From Acidimicrobiia bacterium (GTDB lineage: Bacteria; Actinomycetota; Acidimicrobiia; Spongiisociales; ZC4RG35): DNA of 64,000 nt. The position numbers and the translations under genes were made by a program. The notes under the pieces were generated by a model, which saw only the letters and a list, made by a program, of their open reading frames with translations, made no database searches and was not told where the DNA came from. This document shows, in pieces, positions 60,430 to 64,000 of the stretch; position 1 is the stretch's first letter, and the number at the start of each line of letters is the position of its first letter. The stretch spans positions 640,001-704,000 of the forward strand of contig CBDBCY010000004.1 of the NCBI GenBank assembly GCA_965203555.1, read 5' to 3'.

Positions 60430-60698
60430 CTCGGCCCCGACGTCGACCGGGGACAACACCTGCCAAAGCCCAAAGGTCAGGGGCACCGCTGCGACCGCCG
60501 TCCTCTTAATTTTGGGATTCCCTCCCGACCCGCCGCCTCCTTGCCACCGCCGAAGTCCGGATGCGTGCAGGACTATCCGAAACCGAAGGTTCTGTCGTCG
60601 GCCAGCAGCCCTGTCTCGGGGAAAGACGGTTGAGATTCTTCTCCCCGAAACCAGGGCCATCTGATGAGGGCGGTCCGGACCGCACACCACATGTTTGT
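60430..60698 (-). ncRNA. candidate structured sRNA (Ms1/6S-like?)
   Basis: Promoter TTGTCT-17-CATATT (60733-60705); long hairpin 60608-60657; long-range GACCGCC/GGCGGTC pairing (60669-75 with 60493-99). Confidence 0.45.
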
Positions 60699-60804
60699 CT
60701 ATCCAATATGCGATGCCCCTGGGACAAAGACAAGGATTTCCAATGGTTTCGAAGGAGGATTTTTCGCGACTCTCTCTTCTCTCAATCATTGCCAAAGGAG
60801 AAAT

Positions 60805-61605
60805 TCAGGCAACACCCCGGCCTTGATTGATCGCTTGGCGCATATCCGCCGCCGCCGCCGCCGCATCAGGAGCGGTGGTGATGGCCCGAGAACTGTTGAT
60901 GATCAATCCCCGTCCCCGGGAGTTGAGCCCCGCCTGCAATGCCTCTTGCAGATCGCCGCCCTGGGCGCCGACTCCGGGAGCCAGAAAAGTCATATCACCT
61001 GCCAGTCGACGAGCCACACGCAGATCGTCGGGACGGGTGGCGCCCATCACCAGCAAGCAGTTACCCAGCACGTTCCACTCCCGCGCAACCATACGCGCCA
61101 CCCGCTGCCAGAGGGGCTCTCCCTCCACCGTCACGGTCTGCAGATCATCGGCGCCCGGATTGGAGGTGCGGCACAGGATGATGCAGCCCCGGTCCGCCCG
61201 CTCCAGGAACGGGAGGAGGGCGTCTTTTCCCAACCACGGGTTGAGAGTTACCGCGTCGAATCCCAGTTGGTCGAAGAGAAACCGCGCATAAGCCTCGCTG
61301 GTGGAACCGATGTCGGCGCGTTTGGCGTCTCCGATCACCGGGACATCCGGATGGCGAGAAGCCAGATAATCCATGATCTTCTCCAAAGAGGCGATCCCGG
61401 CAGAGCCTCGCGCTTCGTAGAAGGCCAGATTGGGTTTGAAGGCGCAGACATAATGATGGGTCTGGGAAATCACCCGCCGACCCCACTCGAACAACGGGTC
61501 GCCGCCGTCGCCCAGCAACAACCCCGGGGCGGGGTCCAAACCCACACACAGCAGGCTTTGAGTATCTTCCATCCGAGCGTTGAGCCGCTCCTCGAACCCG
61601 CCCAT
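60805..61605 (-). CDS. pyrF: orotidine-5'-phosphate decarboxylase
   Basis: LCVGLDP, FKPNLAFYE, DAKRADIGST, RTSNPG, PGVGAQGG, NSSRAI. Confidence 0.95.
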   Translation of the reverse strand: MGGFEERLNARMEDTQSLLCVGLDPAPGLLLGDGGDPLFEWGRRVISQTHHYVCAFKPNLAFYEARGSAGIASLEKIMDYLASRHPDVPVIGDAKRADIGSTSEAYARFLFDQLGFDAVTLNPWLGKDALLPFLERADRGCIILCRTSNPGADDLQTVTVEGEPLWQRVARMVAREWNVLGNCLLVMGATRPDDLRVARRLAGDMTFLAPGVGAQGGDLQEALQAGLNSRGRGLIINSSRAITTAPDAAAAAADMRQAINQGRGVA

Positions 61606-62238
61606 CTACACCGACCCCCATCCGCGAGGATCCGCCCACCACCGGCGCGCCTCATCCAGCGCCTGCGGCGGGAATTCTTCGCGGCCCGACGCCGCATCCA
61701 GCAACTCCAGGAACGGGACCAACAGGGAAAACTCCACACCGGCTTTCCGGAAAGCCGAAAACGTGTCACGGAACCCGTACCCGGCCACCGCCAGGCAAAT
61801 CGTCACCTCGGCGCCTGCCTGACGGAGAGCCCTGACAGCCTGCAGGCTGGAGCCGCCGGTGGTGACCGCATCCTCCACCAGCGCCACCCGTCTTCCACTG
61901 ACGTCCGCCCCTTCCACCGCCCTTCCCCGACCGTACTCCTTGGCCTTTTTGCGGACGAAGCAGGAAGGCAGATTCGCCGCGTAGGCCACGGCCGCACTGT
62001 GGGGAACGCCTCCCACTGCCACCCCGGCCACCACCTCCGGCGCCGAACCGTGTACAACCAGTCTTTCCAACAGCCCGTCGATCACGGTCTTCCATGCGGG
62101 AGGAGAAGCCAGCAGCCGCCGGATGTCCATATAGACCGGAGAGCGGATTCCCGAGGCGAAGGTGATGGGCGCCTCGGGTGACGGGATCAGCACCCCCGCC
62201 TCCAGCAGGGCATCGGCAGCCTTTTCGGCGCTGGTCAT
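61606..62238 (-). CDS. pyrE: orotate phosphoribosyltransferase
   Basis: FASGIRSPVYMD, VRKKAKEYG, VEDAVTTGGS. Confidence 0.93.
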   Translation of the reverse strand: MTSAEKAADALLEAGVLIPSPEAPITFASGIRSPVYMDIRRLLASPPAWKTVIDGLLERLVVHGSAPEVVAGVAVGGVPHSAAVAYAANLPSCFVRKKAKEYGRGRAVEGADVSGRRVALVEDAVTTGGSSLQAVRALRQAGAEVTICLAVAGYGFRDTFSAFRKAGVEFSLLVPFLELLDAASGREEFPPQALDEARRWWADPRGWGSV

Positions 62239-63347
62239 CACAGCCTGGCCGCCTCCGACAGGATCAGAGCCGGCGCCATGGGACCGCGAAACACCATCGC
62301 GCTCCAGTACTGAACGACCCCCGCCCCCCGATCCACAAAGGCCTGGTAGCCGGCCCCGTCCAAAACTCCGCCGCAGCCCACGATCGCCCATTCAGTACCC
62401 GACTCCCGGCGGGCCACCGCCAATTCCTCCACCACCCGCAGCGCCCGAGGATGGAGAGATGCGCCCCCCACCCCCACGCCGATCCTCGAGTCCGAAATCT
62501 TCGCGGGGGCGGTGTTGGTGGCCACGATCGCCTCGGCACCGCCCTCCACGGCAGCTCGGGCCAGCGATCCGTACCGCCCCGCCCCGACATCGGGACCCAC
62601 CTTCACCCACAATGCGGTCTCCTCCGGTAGCTCATCGCGAATCGCCCGGCACAAGCGAGCCACCTCTTCGGGAAGGGCCGCATGGGCATACCCCTGCGGA
62701 ACATTGGGACAGCTGATGTTCACCGTCATCCAGGAAGGACGAAGTCCGGCTTGCAGGAATCGGCGAACCGCCCACACTGTGCCGTCGTCACGGCGAACCG
62801 GATCGGTTTGGTCGGGATCGGAGGCGATGCTGATCCCGTAGACATCGGGGAGCGCATCCGATCGTTCGGCCAGAAAGGCCGCCGCGGCCGCCGCCCCGGG
62901 GTTCCGGAGGCCGACTCGATTCATCAGGTTACGGCCCCCGGTGTCCCGCCACAGCAGGCGCCCGGTATTGCCCAACCTCGGCCGGGGAGTAAACGATCCC
63001 ATCTCCACCGGCCCCACCAAGGCGGGAACCGACCTCCACCCCGCAATGATGTTGCGACCATCTCCAACCGCCCGAAGCGCCGCCTGTTCGGTGGCGAATC
63101 CGTCACCCTTCACCAGCCCGGCCGCCAGAATGAGAGGAGAGCCGAGACTGACCCGACCGACCTGTACCGAGGAATGAAAGCGCCTCCGGTAGGCCGCCGC
63201 AGCCCTGCAAAGGCCCACCCGCCGATCAAGCAACCCCAGTTGTCGAACGACCAGTCGATGGGCCTGGTCGGCGGACCGGGCAAACAGGATCCGGCGCCAC
63301 ACCCGGTAGACGGCCTCGGCGGCGCCCAGTTCAAGAACTGTCGGCAT
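62238..63347 (-). CDS. pyrD: dihydroorotate dehydrogenase (divergent)
   Basis: LAAGLVK, GSFTPRPRLGN, NRVGLRNPG, NISCPN, VKVGPD, ATNT, VGCGGV. Confidence 0.85.
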   Translation of the reverse strand: MPTVLELGAAEAVYRVWRRILFARSADQAHRLVVRQLGLLDRRVGLCRAAAAYRRRFHSSVQVGRVSLGSPLILAAGLVKGDGFATEQAALRAVGDGRNIIAGWRSVPALVGPVEMGSFTPRPRLGNTGRLLWRDTGGRNLMNRVGLRNPGAAAAAAFLAERSDALPDVYGISIASDPDQTDPVRRDDGTVWAVRRFLQAGLRPSWMTVNISCPNVPQGYAHAALPEEVARLCRAIRDELPEETALWVKVGPDVGAGRYGSLARAAVEGGAEAIVATNTAPAKISDSRIGVGVGGASLHPRALRVVEELAVARRESGTEWAIVGCGGVLDGAGYQAFVDRGAGVVQYWSAMVFRGPMAPALILSEAARL

Positions 63348-64000
63348 ACAGATTCACACCGAATCCCGGCGGCGCCAATACTTCGCCGTCCTCGAAAACC
63401 ACCCTTCCCCGGATCACGACTCTACGAACCACTCCCCACACTTCCATTCCCGAAAACGGCGTCCAGCCACAGAGAGTGTAGAGGTCGTCGGCGCCGATCA
63501 CGCGACGGGCCCCCGTGTCCAACATCGTGTGGGTATCGACCGGGCGGGGTGGCAGGCCGAAGATGCGGCGGGGCGCGACCGAGACCAACTCCACGGCCCG
63601 CTCCCTGGTCAGCCGGCCCTCCCGGACCGCGGTGAACAGCAGAGGAATGGTGGTTTCCAGTCCCGGAACCCCGAAAGGGGTGGGAGAACCCAGCTTCTCA
63701 TCCCAGGTGTGGGGGGCGTGATCGGACTCGACCACGTCTATCACTTTGTCCCTGATCCCCGCCCACAGTGCGTCCCGATCCTTGGCAGTCCCCAGCGCAG
63801 GCTTCATCATGGCCCGGGGACCCAACGCCGACAGGTCCCCCTCGGTGAGGAACAGGTGATGAGGGCATACCCCGGCGGTGACCTGCGTTCCCCGCCGCTT
63901 GTGCTCGGTCACCTCCGCTACCGCCCGGGCGGTGTCGATGTGGCAGAGATGCCCGCGCTTTTTGTGCCGGGCCAGCGACTCCAGGAACCGTCCGACCATC
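63331..64000 (-). CDS. pyrC: dihydroorotase (5' part outside window)
   Basis: HLCHI, VCPHHL, MKPAL, SDHAPH, GVPGLET. Confidence 0.9.
   Translation of the reverse strand, partial: MVGRFLESLARHKKRGHLCHIDTARAVAEVTEHKRRGTQVTAGVCPHHLFLTEGDLSALGPRAMMKPALGTAKDRDALWAGIRDKVIDVVESDHAPHTWDEKLGSPTPFGVPGLETTIPLLFTAVREGRLTRERAVELVSVAPRRIFGLPPRPVDTHTMLDTGARRVIGADDLYTLCGWTPFSGMEVWGVVRRVVIRGRVVFEDGEVLAPPGFGVNLYADSS

Noticed and set aside
60640-60690. Hammerhead-like CTGATGAG next to GAAAC on the plus strand
   Set aside because: Only ~9 nt separate GAAAC and CTGATGA, too few for stems I and III, and no GAAA follows the downstream stem
60001-60795. 264-aa minus-strand ORF
   Set aside because: It overlaps the USP gene antisense, has no recognisable motif, and the region is better explained as structured RNA
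1-64000. CRISPR array, tRNA or rRNA genes
   Set aside because: No regularly spaced repeats, cloverleaf/T-loop signatures or rRNA sequence seen by eye

Overview
GC-rich chromosomal segment with an actinobacterial signature: dcw cluster without ftsA, sepF-yggT-divIVA, dinB-DUF3040 near mraZ, an Rv3654c-Rv3660c-type tad locus and many leaderless promoters. An Acidimicrobiia-like origin is my inference. 1.5-15 kb is an accessory, decaying defence region: three intact type II TA pairs, two AAA ATPases, a frameshifted C5-methyltransferase with a MutY-like tail, GmrSD, DUF499 and IS110 remnants, an orphan nucleotidyltransferase and a SWIM protein. 15-47.6 kb is core: dnaE, rluD, lspA, an inverted IleRS2-type ileS, the dcw cluster (murF missing), dinB and hppA. 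47.8-50.8 kb is a small island, followed by polX, ybaK, the tad locus, ispD and the end of the pyr operon. Homopolymer frameshifts in essential genes point to long-read errors. The best leads are non-coding: (i) a promoter-driven, long-range-paired ~200-280 nt RNA candidate at 60.4-60.7 kb (Ms1/6S-like?); (ii) a transposase-less unit bounded by terminal inverted repeats that carries a DUF222-HNH nuclease gene under a RecA-NDp/PafBC-like promoter; (iii) two IS110-type structured left ends (bridge-RNA candidates) that have outlived their transposases. All calls come from motif recognition by eye; no database searches were run.
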